Shown piece after piece: positions 27,137 to 36,811 of a stretch of 64,000 nt of DNA. The notes under the pieces were generated by a model. The model saw only the letters and a list, made by a program, of their open reading frames with translations, ran no database searches and was not told the DNA's origin. Every line of letters starts with the position of its first letter. Positions within the stretch are counted from its first letter, which is position 1. Made by a program: the position numbers and the translations under genes. This DNA comes from Eubacteriales bacterium SKADARSKE-1 (GTDB lineage: Bacteria > Bacillota > Clostridia > Oscillospirales > Acutalibacteraceae), in the NCBI GenBank assembly GCA_030920305.1, contig JARLUB010000004.1:43558-107557 (forward strand), in the 5' to 3' direction.

Positions 27137-27144
27137 AAACTTTT

Positions 27145-27750
27145 TTATGCAGAAGGAGGCTTACATCCGCAATAGTTTTGACGGTATAAGTTATATTTTT
27201 TTGATAATTCGATAGACTGTTTATATCCAGCTTTTTTCTTAAAATCAGAAACTAAATAGTTAACACCATACTCAGCGGCTAATTTTTGGCCAATATTATT
27301 TAGTTTTTGGGCGTTTTTATAAGGGCTAACCGATAATGTCGTACAAAAATAATCAACACCTAATTTTTTTGCAAGTTCTGCAGTTCTTTGAAGTCTTAGT
27401 TCATAACAAATTGAGCATCGGTGCCCGCCTTCTTTTTCATTAATAAAGTCTTTAGTGGCCCGGTTAAAAGTTTCATGATCATATTCTGAACAGATCAATT
27501 TAACAGATTTTTCTACCCCCATAAGAGATAAAAGTTTTTCAAGCTCAAATTTTCGTTTATTATATTCTTCTTCAGGAAATGTGTTGGGGTTATAATAAAA
27601 AACAGTTATATTAAAAAATGAAAGTAAATATTTTAAAACATAGCTGCTGCAAGGTGCGCAGCAGCTGTGTAACAATAATGCGGGTTTCATCTTATTTTCT
27701 TTTATTTTTTCAATTAATAAATCAAGTTCTTTTTGATAGTCCCGTTGCAC
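27145..27750 (-). CDS. queH: Epoxyqueuosine reductase QueH (DUF208)
   Basis: Contains LLLHSCCAPCSSYVL and C-terminal YRQNYCGC. Confidence 0.9.
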   Translation of the reverse strand: MQRDYQKELDLLIEKIKENKMKPALLLHSCCAPCSSYVLKYLLSFFNITVFYYNPNTFPEEEYNKRKFELEKLLSLMGVEKSVKLICSEYDHETFNRATKDFINEKEGGHRCSICYELRLQRTAELAKKLGVDYFCTTLSVSPYKNAQKLNNIGQKLAAEYGVNYLVSDFKKKAGYKQSIELSKKYNLYRQNYCGCKPPSA

Positions 27751-27752
27751 TT

Positions 27753-28883
<1,131 letters not shown>

Positions 28884-28907
28884 TTAACTTCCTCATCTGT
28901 TTTTTTG

Positions 28908-28937
28908 ATTATAATATGGGTACGCAAATAGTATCAA
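28908..28937 (-). promoter_or_regulatory. Putative sigmaA promoter for tgt-queH
   Basis: On the minus strand: TTGATA (28937-28932), 18-nt spacer, TATAAT (28913-28908). Confidence 0.5.
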
Positions 28938-29002
28938 CTGTAAATGGTGTTTTGATGAACCCCTGACGCTTGAATTTATTTCGCGGGCAAGGGGATGTTG
29001 GC

Positions 29003-29662
29003 TCAGTCGAATGTATTTGTAGAGCGAATTGGATGCAATGTTACGCTGCCACAAAAACTTTTCATACAGCATTGGTCACACCTAGGAGATATTGCACGGC
29101 ATACTGCTCTGCCATGTAAAACTAAGCGATGGCAAAAGTCATTTGACTCATTAGGCGGCAAAACCTCTCTTAAAATTTTCTCTATTTTAACAGCATTTTT
29201 AGTGTCGTGAAAACCTAGTCGCCTGGTTATTCTAATGCAGTGAGTGTCTACAACTACAGCTGGTTTATTATACACATCGCCAATAATTAAGTTTGCAGTT
29301 TTTCTGCCAACACCCGGCAATTTAATTAGTTCTTCTATTGTGTCAGGCACTATAGAAAAATATTTTTCTTTAAGCATTTTGCACATGGCAACTATATCGT
29401 GTGCCTTTACATGGTAAAATCCGCAAGATTTAATATACTTTTCTATTTCATTAACATCAGCTTTAGCAAAATCATCAACTGATTTAAACTTTTTAAAAAG
29501 TTCTGGCGTAACTAAATTAACTCGAGCATCAGTGCATTGAGCGGCTAGCCTAGTTGCAATTAAAAGCTGAACTGGATCTTTATAATCAAGCGAACATTTA
29601 GCGTTTGGGTACTCTTTTTTAAAAGCGTTTACTGCTAAATTTGCTAATTGCTTTTTATCCAT
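29003..29662 (-). CDS. nth: Endonuclease III
   Basis: The HhH motif is LPGVGRKTANLI. The 4Fe-4S cluster is CRAISPRCDQCCMKSFC. Confidence 0.95.
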   Translation of the reverse strand: MDKKQLANLAVNAFKKEYPNAKCSLDYKDPVQLLIATRLAAQCTDARVNLVTPELFKKFKSVDDFAKADVNEIEKYIKSCGFYHVKAHDIVAMCKMLKEKYFSIVPDTIEELIKLPGVGRKTANLIIGDVYNKPAVVVDTHCIRITRRLGFHDTKNAVKIEKILREVLPPNESNDFCHRLVLHGRAVCRAISPRCDQCCMKSFCGSVTLHPIRSTNTFD

Positions 29663-29818
29663 TTTATCTCCTTCCTTTACCTATATTTTTATTTTACCTT
29701 AAATTTTATATGTGGTAAAGTAGGGAGCTTTAACTTTGAAGCTGGATACTACGCTACAAAGGCAAAAGATAAATTCTGGCATAAATAGTGTAGACATGTT
29801 TGTTTTTATGTATTCTTT

Positions 29819-32440
29819 TTAATTTTGTTTGGCAAACCTTTTCTCGATTTCTACGAGTATTAAAGGGGAAAGGGAAAGCCCTGCTACAATTAGCCACTGA
29901 GTTAAATCTAAACATACAGTTTTAAATACTGTAGTTAAAAAAGGAAGCGAAATTACCGAAACTTGTAAAATTACGCAAAGCATAAATGAATATATTAAAC
30001 TCATATTGCCTAATATTCCCGTTTTAAATATAGATTCTTCACTTCTAATATTAAAAGCATGGATAATCTGAGATAAACTCATAACCGCAAATGTCATGGT
30101 TCTTCCTATTACTGGTGTACTACCCACATCAAAAAAAATTCGACCTATTGTAAATGCTAAAAGAGATATAGACCCAATAAAACAGCCTTCGGTTATTATG
30201 TTGTGCCATCTTGAATGAGAAAAAAGTCCGCTCTCAGGTTTAATTGGTGGTTTATTCATAATATCACTTCCAACCGGGTCAACACCAAGAGCTAAAGCTG
30301 GGAGTGAATCGGTGACTAAGTTTATCCATAAAAGCTGAATAGCTAAAAGTGGTGATGGTAATTTTAAAAGAAATGCTGTTAAAACGGCAACTATTTCACC
30401 AATATTGGTTGAAAGTAAAAAATGTATGGCTTTTTTTATATTTTGAAATATTCCACGTCCTTGCTTAACGGCTTCAACAATAGTAGAAAAATTGTCATCT
30501 GTTAAAATCATATCTGCTGCACTTTTTGCAACATCGGTTCCGCTTTTTCCCATAGCACAGCCAATGTCAGCTGCTTTAAGGGCAGGAGCATCATTTACAC
30601 CGTCACCGGTCATAGCTACAACAGCACCATTTTTTTGAAATGCTTTTACAATTTTTACTTTATGTTCTGGTGAAACTCTTGCAAAAACAGAATACTTAAA
30701 AACATTTTTTTGAAAAGTCTTTTCATCTAAGCTATCAAGTTCGGTTCCAGTTATGGCTAAATCATTTTTATTATAAATTCCAAGCTCTTTGGCAATTGCT
30801 GTGGCTGTAGCAATGTGATCACCTGTGATCATAACTGGGCGAATTCCTGCTTTTTTGCAGTCAGCCACGGCAAGCTTTGCTTCAGGTCTTGGAGGGTCAA
30901 TCATGCCAATAAGGCCACAAAAAACTAAATCTTTTTCAGCTTCACTCTGTGATTTTGGTAGGCTAGATACGTCCTTATAACCAACAGCTAAAACTCTAAG
31001 CGCTTCTTTTGCCATGTTTTCATTTTGAAATTTTATTTTTTGCCGAATACTATTTGCCAGTGGACCTTCTTCTAATCTATTAGAAATGCTTAATAAAACC
31101 TCAGGTGCACCTTTAGTTATTACACGAAATTTTCCACTTGGCAACTTGTGTACAGTAGTCATCAGTTTTCTGCTTGAGCTAAATGGAAACTCGTAAACCC
31201 GGGGAAAACTTTTATCTAATGTTCTTTTAGAATGCCCAAAAGTATTATAAGCCTCCAGTAATGATATTTCAGTTGGTTCGCCAGAAACTTTAAAGTTTTC
31301 TTTTTCGCCTGATACAATTGAATTGTTACAAAGAGCACCAAGTGATAAAATATTTTCACCGGATTTGCTAGTGAAGTTAATAATACCATCATGGTTAAAC
31401 AGCTTTTTTACAGTCATTTTATTTTGGGTTAAGGTTCCTGTTTTATCTGAACAAATAACAGTTGCGCTACCTAGAGTTTCAACAGCACTAAGTTTTCTTA
31501 TAATAGCTTTATTGGCAGCCATTCTACGAAGCCCTAAAGCCAAAACAATAGTGACAACAGCTGGCAAACCTTCAGGAATAGCGGCTACAGCTAAACTAAT
31601 AGCTATCATGAACATATCTATTGTATTGACTTTTTGAATTACACCTAAAATAAAAATGAAAAAACAAATAGCAGTGATTCCAATTCCTAAAATTTTTCCA
31701 GTTTTCTCTAGCTTTTTTTGAAGTGGTGTTTGGGGAGATTCTTCTTTGTTTATTAAACCAGCAATTTTGCCAACCTCTGTGTTCATTCCAGTTTTCACTG
31801 CAATAGCTAAAGCGTGCCCCGCTGTTATTATGCTTCCTGAAAATACCATGTTTTTACGATCAGCAACCGGCAAGTTTTTTGGTAAAACTAAATTAGCTTC
31901 TTTTAAAATTGGCAAAGATTCGCCAGTTAATGATGATTCTTCAGTATATAGCCCATAACTTTCTATAATTCTAGAATCAGCTGGCACTAAGTCTCCAGAA
32001 TTTAAAACTAAAATATCTCCTGGAACGATTTCTTCTGATAAAATTGATACTTCTTTACCGCTTCTAATTACCTTTGTTTTAGGTGAAGATAATTTTTTCA
32101 AAGCTTCAATGGCTTTTTCTGCTTTGTTTTCTTGCACAACACCAATTATTGCATTCATTACAACAATAAAAAGTATAATTATTGGGTCTATAAAATCATT
32201 GCTGTCTTTTATAATATCAGTAATAAAAGAGACAACTGCTGCAATTAGTAAAATGATTATCATAAAATCAGAAAACTGTGCTATGAATTTTGAAAATAAA
32301 CTTTTAGACTTTTTTTCTTTTAGTCTATTTTTGCCATACTTTTCTTGAAGTTGAGCTACCAACATGTTATTTAGTCCAACGTCCTTTTTTACATTAAACT
32401 TTTTAAGTATCTCATCACAAGATAAATTATGCCAATCCAT
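29819..32440 (-). CDS. Calcium-translocating P-type ATPase (P2-type)
   Basis: Contains CSDKTGTLTQN, TGDGVNDAPALK, IPEGLPAV and TGES. Confidence 0.9.
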   Translation of the reverse strand: MDWHNLSCDEILKKFNVKKDVGLNNMLVAQLQEKYGKNRLKEKKSKSLFSKFIAQFSDFMIIILLIAAVVSFITDIIKDSNDFIDPIIILFIVVMNAIIGVVQENKAEKAIEALKKLSSPKTKVIRSGKEVSILSEEIVPGDILVLNSGDLVPADSRIIESYGLYTEESSLTGESLPILKEANLVLPKNLPVADRKNMVFSGSIITAGHALAIAVKTGMNTEVGKIAGLINKEESPQTPLQKKLEKTGKILGIGITAICFFIFILGVIQKVNTIDMFMIAISLAVAAIPEGLPAVVTIVLALGLRRMAANKAIIRKLSAVETLGSATVICSDKTGTLTQNKMTVKKLFNHDGIINFTSKSGENILSLGALCNNSIVSGEKENFKVSGEPTEISLLEAYNTFGHSKRTLDKSFPRVYEFPFSSSRKLMTTVHKLPSGKFRVITKGAPEVLLSISNRLEEGPLANSIRQKIKFQNENMAKEALRVLAVGYKDVSSLPKSQSEAEKDLVFCGLIGMIDPPRPEAKLAVADCKKAGIRPVMITGDHIATATAIAKELGIYNKNDLAITGTELDSLDEKTFQKNVFKYSVFARVSPEHKVKIVKAFQKNGAVVAMTGDGVNDAPALKAADIGCAMGKSGTDVAKSAADMILTDDNFSTIVEAVKQGRGIFQNIKKAIHFLLSTNIGEIVAVLTAFLLKLPSPLLAIQLLWINLVTDSLPALALGVDPVGSDIMNKPPIKPESGLFSHSRWHNIITEGCFIGSISLLAFTIGRIFFDVGSTPVIGRTMTFAVMSLSQIIHAFNIRSEESIFKTGILGNMSLIYSFMLCVILQVSVISLPFLTTVFKTVCLDLTQWLIVAGLSLSPLILVEIEKRFAKQN

Positions 32441-32671
32441 AATATCAGTTCCCCTCTAGCTTTAACTTCTCATATTGTCCATAAGTAATATATTCAAAGA
32501 TAGACAGGTTATATTACATAAATAAAGAAAAAAGAAAAAGCCCACTGCATTGTAGCAGCAGACTAATATTTTGAATATTGTGGAATACCGAATAAAGGTA
32601 ATGGCTATTTTGAAAATTCAAAGAGCCTTGGCCGTTTGCGTTTAATTATAACCTCTAAAAGGAGTAATTTT

Positions 32672-33313
32672 ATGGGATTTTTAGGAATAATTCTTTTATC
32701 GATATCATTAAGTATGGATGCACTTGGTATTGGTATTTCATATTCGATTAGAAAAATAAAAATACCGTTTTTAGCAAAAATTATAGTAAGCGTAATTTCA
32801 GTCATTTTTACAGCAGCAGCAATTTTTTTAGGAAGTATGATACTATTAGTTGTAGATCCAACCGTAGCAAAATTTATAGGCTGTGTTATGCTAATTTTGC
32901 TTGGTGCATTTACAATATATCAGGGTTTTAAAAATGATGATAATAAGAAGAAAAATCCTAAGGTTAAAAGAGTTTGGCATTTTGCTATAAATTTTCTGGG
33001 CCTTACAGTAAAAATAATAAAAAAACCAATTGATTTTGACTTTGATAAGTCAAAACATATTGATTTAATTGAAGCTATTTATTTAGGAGTTGCATTATCT
33101 ATTGACTCAATTGCCGCAGGAACTAGTTTAGCGGTATCGGGACTTAACTCACTTTTTATTCCTATATCCGTTGGTATTAGTCAATTTGTATTTTTAAGTT
33201 TAGGCAATATTATAGGCAAAAAGATCTCATCAATAAAGTTTATAGACCCTCGAATTTTTGTGTTTATTTCAGGTGCAATTCTTATTGTATTATCAATTGT
33301 TCGCTTATTTTAG
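32672..33313 (+). CDS. MntP/YtaF family membrane protein (Mn efflux pump or sporulation protein YtaF-like)
   Basis: Contains MGFLGIILLSISLSMDALGIGISY and a second half LGVALSIDSIAAG. The ATG at 32672 follows 'aaaaggag'. Confidence 0.75.
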   Translation: MGFLGIILLSISLSMDALGIGISYSIRKIKIPFLAKIIVSVISVIFTAAAIFLGSMILLVVDPTVAKFIGCVMLILLGAFTIYQGFKNDDNKKKNPKVKRVWHFAINFLGLTVKIIKKPIDFDFDKSKHIDLIEAIYLGVALSIDSIAAGTSLAVSGLNSLFIPISVGISQFVFLSLGNIIGKKISSIKFIDPRIFVFISGAILIVLSIVRLF

Positions 33314-33356
33314 ATAGTTTACTTAAATAACTTTTTAAAAAATTTAAATTAAATAT

Positions 33357-33387
33357 AAAAAAGCTTCCAGTAAAAAGGAAGCTTTTT
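33357..33387. terminator. Bidirectional terminator between mntP-like gene and GG-leader gene
   Basis: The stem is aaaaaagcttcc / ggaagcttttt. Confidence 0.8.
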
Positions 33388-33402
33388 ATATTTGTATGTA
33401 TT

Positions 33403-33657
33403 TTATAATATTGAGTAGTCAATAGCATCTAAGCGATTAGCTTCTATAGCTGCTGCCGGTTTTGTTAGTTGTCCAGTTCCGCCATAGCGAACTATTGATT
33501 GAACAACTCCCATACCACTTGTATTTAAGACGAGAAAGTAAGTTCCTCTGTCAACTACAATACCACCGGAAACGTTGCTAATATCCTCATGAGAAAGTTT
33601 CGTAATTGGTTCATTTTCCTTATTTGTATAATTTACTACTTTATTTTTTCTAAACAT
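33403..33657 (-). CDS. Double-glycine-leader mini-protein, paralog A (84 aa)
   Basis: The leader is MFRKNKVVNYTNKENEPITKLSHEDISNVSGG. The core is IVVDRGTYFLVLNTSGMGVVQSIVRYGGTGQLTKPAAAIEANRLDAIDYSIL. RBS is 'aaggag'. Confidence 0.8.
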   Translation of the reverse strand: MFRKNKVVNYTNKENEPITKLSHEDISNVSGGIVVDRGTYFLVLNTSGMGVVQSIVRYGGTGQLTKPAAAIEANRLDAIDYSIL

Positions 33658-33708
33658 TTTAAACCAACTCCTTTTAATTTTTAGGCAGAGATCTCAAAGC
33701 CTGTATAT

Positions 33709-33737
33709 ATAATACAACAAAAAGAATATTTTGTCAA
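33709..33737 (-). promoter_or_regulatory. SigmaA-type promoter of GG-leader paralog A
   Basis: On the minus strand: TTGACA (33737-33732), 17-nt spacer, TATTAT (33714-33709). Confidence 0.65.
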
Positions 33738-33789
33738 GAATTTTATAAAAATTTTAGAAAATTATTGGAATATAGGCAGTAGGATTAAT

Positions 33790-33836
33790 AAAAAAAACAG
33801 GCTACAATAGTTTACAAACTATTGTAGCCTGTTTTT
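33790..33836 (-). terminator. Rho-independent terminator after GG-leader paralog B
   Basis: The long perfect stem is acaggctacaatagt / actattgtagcctgt, with flanking A- and T-runs. Confidence 0.85.
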
Positions 33837-33846
33837 CTATAAAAAA

Positions 33847-34101
33847 TTAAGGTTGCTTAGAATAATCAATAGCATCAAGTTTTATCGCTTCCGCATAAGC
33901 TTCTTGTTTAGTCATTCCAGAGTTTCCGCCATAAGATACTTTTGATTTTACAGCGCCCATACCACTTGTATTTATGACTAGGTAGAAAGACCCTGTATCT
34001 TTAATAAAGCCACCTGTAACCATACTAATGTCATCCTTACTAAGTTTTAAAAATTCTTCTGGTTTACTAATGTAGTCGGAAACTTTATTTCTTTTAAACA
34101 T
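33847..34101 (-). CDS. Double-glycine-leader mini-protein, paralog B (84 aa)
   Basis: The leader is MFKRNKVSDYISKPEEFLKLSKDDISMVTGG. The core is FIKDTGSFYLVINTSGMGAVKSKVSYGGNSGMTKQEAYAEAIKLDAIDYSKQP. RBS is 'aaggag'. Confidence 0.8.
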   Translation of the reverse strand: MFKRNKVSDYISKPEEFLKLSKDDISMVTGGFIKDTGSFYLVINTSGMGAVKSKVSYGGNSGMTKQEAYAEAIKLDAIDYSKQP

Positions 34102-34236
34102 TTAAACCACTCCTTAAAAAGATTATGTAAGTATGCTATATATATTTTTATATAAAAGATAATAGTTGTCAATCTTTTTTAGAAATAAAAAATACCCGAC
34201 TGAAACTTTTACAATCGGGCAATTTTTATTTATTTT

Positions 34237-34572
34237 TTAGAAACCTAAAAAGCTCATAATATAAGGATTTATAAGCATCATAATTAAAGTTGCAGCAGTA
34301 GAACTTGCAAGAACTATGATTAAGCTTTTATTCATATAAGAGATAACTACAGCAACCACAAAACCAACTATAGCAGGGATTAAACCCATGCCAGTGATTT
34401 CAAAAACTTCTGGGAATATCATAGATGTAAGTACGGCATAAGGCAAGTATGCTAGTAAAGATCTAACAAACTTATTTTTTATGTCACCTTTACAAAGTAG
34501 GAACGGTAACATTCTTGTAAAATATGTTGTTATAAATAACAACAATACACAAATTAAAATGTATGTACTCAT
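34237..34572 (-). CDS. azlD: Branched-chain amino acid transport protein AzlD
   Basis: It is a small 4-TM protein overlapping azlC by 4 nt. Contains TRMLPFLL. Confidence 0.8.
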   Translation of the reverse strand: MSTYILICVLLLFITTYFTRMLPFLLCKGDIKNKFVRSLLAYLPYAVLTSMIFPEVFEITGMGLIPAIVGFVVAVVISYMNKSLIIVLASSTAATLIMMLINPYIMSFLGF

Positions 34573-35327
34573 TCTTGTTCCTCCTTGCCTCTACTAATTA
34601 CCGGGAACAGAGCACCAATTATTCCAGCACTTACAAGCGAACCTATAATTAAAACGCCACTAGGTGATAGAAGTCCAGAAACTACTTTTTCAAAACCAGA
34701 CTCACCGGTAAATAATGGCCGTAACCATTTAAGAACACAGCTTAAAAGACCGGAAATTACTGCAACGTATAAAATTGGTCTAGATTCTTTAATAGCTGGA
34801 ACAACTGAAGCTATAAGCATTGCATAAAGAGCCATTTTCATTGCAATAGTAATTTGGGGTGGTAAGACATCTCCGGCAACACTACCAACAAATGCACCAA
34901 CAAACCACGCGGCATAAGGTAATGTCATTACACCAAGAAGATAATTTGCAGGGAGTTTACCCTCTCTTCTAATTGTTAATGCAAAGATTTCGTCGGTATT
35001 TCCCATTGCAAGAACAAGTTTTTTACCCAGACTTGTTTTTGGCTCTAACTTTTGAGCCATTGAAAGCGAAAGAACAATATTACGTAAGTTAATGACTAAA
35101 AGAGCTAAAAAGAATCCAACATAAGATTCTCCCCTTGAAATCAAGTCCATAGCGGTCAATTGTCCAACACCGGTAAAGCTAAGCATAGACATGGCGATCG
35201 AAACGGGAAGTTTAAGACCCATATTAGAGGCGCCAATACCCAATGTAAAGGCAAGAGGTAAATAGCCGAAACCAATTGGGTATCCGTCTTTTAACCCGGT
35301 TTTAAATAAAGATAATTTTTTGCCCAC
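34569..35327 (-). CDS. azlC: AzlC family branched-chain amino acid permease component
   Basis: Contains GLKDGYPIGFGYLPLAFTLG... and is paired with azlD. Confidence 0.85.
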   Translation of the reverse strand: MGKKLSLFKTGLKDGYPIGFGYLPLAFTLGIGASNMGLKLPVSIAMSMLSFTGVGQLTAMDLISRGESYVGFFLALLVINLRNIVLSLSMAQKLEPKTSLGKKLVLAMGNTDEIFALTIRREGKLPANYLLGVMTLPYAAWFVGAFVGSVAGDVLPPQITIAMKMALYAMLIASVVPAIKESRPILYVAVISGLLSCVLKWLRPLFTGESGFEKVVSGLLSPSGVLIIGSLVSAGIIGALFPVISRGKEEQE

Positions 35328-35427
35328 AAGCGTCCCTCCTAAAAAAATATTATGTTCAACATGTATTTAAAATAAATAAAATACAAAATCTTTGAACAAT
35401 TACGAATTCATTATATCATAATTACGT

Positions 35428-35469
35428 AAAAAAGGGAACAAATAAGTAAAAAAATTGCTTATTTGTTCC
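35428..35469 (-). terminator. Rho-independent terminator after the DUF1540 gene
   Basis: The stem is ggaacaaataag / cttatttgttcc, with a T-run on the minus strand. Confidence 0.75.
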
Positions 35470-35500
35470 GATACACATTTTTTATGTGAGTTTTGACTTT

Positions 35501-35677
35501 TTATTGTTGCTTTTTAGCAACAAAAGATTCACAGTCAACACATTGGGGGACAGTTGGGTTACTTTCGTGGGTGTTAACATTTATTGCGTCAAGTCCGCAA
35601 TAGTTTTCGCTACCACAATGGTTTTCGCACTGTTCAACTTTACATTGTATGCTGGGATTGGCACTTTTAGTATTCAT
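35501..35677 (-). CDS. DUF1540 domain protein (Cys-rich small protein common in spore formers)
   Basis: MNTKSANPSIQCKVEQCENHCGSENYCGLDAINVNTHE...VPQCVDCESF fits the domain. The internal ATG at 35677 follows 'gaggtg'. The upstream part of the ORF-track frame overlaps a terminator. Confidence 0.8.
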   Translation of the reverse strand: MNTKSANPSIQCKVEQCENHCGSENYCGLDAINVNTHESNPTVPQCVDCESFVAKKQQ

Positions 35678-35695
35678 ATTTGTCACCTCACAAGA

Positions 35696-35731
35696 AATAA
35701 TAACAGGCAAAAAGTTTTGCCTGTTATTATT
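35696..35731 (-). terminator. Rho-independent terminator after the serine protease gene
   Basis: The stem is aataataacaggcaaaa / ttttgcctgttattatt. Confidence 0.8.
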
Positions 35732-35778
35732 GTTTCCTAATGAAGTTTTGTTATTCAAATTAAAATTTTTTAAAATCA

Positions 35779-36708
35779 CTATTTTTTTAAACTTTCAACA
35801 ACCGTTTTTACAGTGTTTGCAGGAATAGCAAAGCCAAGTCCTTCAATGTCATCACCAGATGATTTAGCTATAACCATTCCAATTAACTCGCCCGTTAGGC
35901 GAAACACTCCGCCACCGGAATTGCCCGAATTAATTTCTGCGCTAGTTTGCAGTAAAGACATTTCATGGCCTTCTACAGTGACTTCTCTGTTAATAGCACT
36001 AACAACTCCTTCTGTAACAGTACCACTAAGTTCACCCAAAGGATTTCCAATTACAATAGTTGATTCGCCAACTTCTAAATTATCCGAGTTACCAAAGGTC
36101 ACTGTAGAAAGGCCACTTGCATTAATCTTTAAAAGGGCAATATCTTTATTAGAATCAGAACCAATTAAAGTTGCTGAGTATTTAGTGCCATTTTTTAAAG
36201 TTACAATTATTTTGTTAGTATCCTTAATTATATGTTCATTAGTAACTATATAACCATCTGAAGAATAGACTATGCCACTTCCTGCACTGATGCTTACGTA
36301 AGATTTATTGTCAGAACTTTTCGTTGTAGTTTCAGTTGAAACATCAACAACAGAGTCGGCAACAAGTTTTACCACTTCAGCAGATGAAAGCATAGTGGAG
36401 CTATTAATTTGTGCTGATGTATTATCGGAGTTACCAGATGATAAAGTTTTTTCTGAAGACTTGGTTGAAGATATATAGCCATACAAACTGCCGCCTATAA
36501 TTCCACCAAAAAGACTAATAATAAGACAAAGGACTAAAATTAAAGGACTTTTTTTAGATTTACGATTATGCAATGGTTCATTGTAAGAATATTCATTAGG
36601 GTAGTCAAGACTGTCCATATTTTCATTTTCAGGTTCCGGTTCAAAACTTGTCTCTAAAGGTTCAGTTTCCGGCTCATTTTCTAATTGTTCATTTATACTC
36701 ATAAGCAT
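35779..36708 (-). CDS. Membrane-anchored trypsin-like (S1C/HtrA-like) serine protease with no PDZ domain seen
   Basis: His is in IVTNEHII, Asp in DIALLKI and Ser in GNSGGGVF. There is an N-terminal TM segment. Confidence 0.85.
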   Translation of the reverse strand: MLMSINEQLENEPETEPLETSFEPEPENENMDSLDYPNEYSYNEPLHNRKSKKSPLILVLCLIISLFGGIIGGSLYGYISSTKSSEKTLSSGNSDNTSAQINSSTMLSSAEVVKLVADSVVDVSTETTTKSSDNKSYVSISAGSGIVYSSDGYIVTNEHIIKDTNKIIVTLKNGTKYSATLIGSDSNKDIALLKINASGLSTVTFGNSDNLEVGESTIVIGNPLGELSGTVTEGVVSAINREVTVEGHEMSLLQTSAEINSGNSGGGVFRLTGELIGMVIAKSSGDDIEGLGFAIPANTVKTVVESLKK

Positions 36709-36811
36709 TTCCTCCTTAAAATAAAAAATAATCGTTTTACATTTTTACTAGAATTATTATACCGCATATTATGATCAATAGCAAATATTCACTAACGAAA
36801 ATAAAGTCCTT

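Noticed and set aside
26912-27175. 87-aa plus-strand ORF between ppk2 and queH
   Set aside because: It starts inside the ppk2 terminator hairpin, has no RBS, runs through a GC-rich repeat element and overlaps the queH 3' end. It is not credible as a CDS.
28884-29002. Possible preQ1 riboswitch upstream of tgt-queH
   Set aside because: The spacer contains only a plausible promoter. No preQ1-type small hairpin or pseudoknot with the conserved loop was recognised.
32441-32671. Possible Mn2+ (yybP-ykoY) riboswitch between the Ca-ATPase gene and the mntP-like gene
   Set aside because: I could not find the conserved yybP-ykoY four-helix core motifs by eye on either strand. The only feature is a weak wobble-containing hairpin with a T-run on the minus strand. 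This needs a covariance-model scan before any claim.
35486-35740. 84-aa plus-strand ORF
   Set aside because: It is antisense to the DUF1540 gene, whose Cys pattern is diagnostic.
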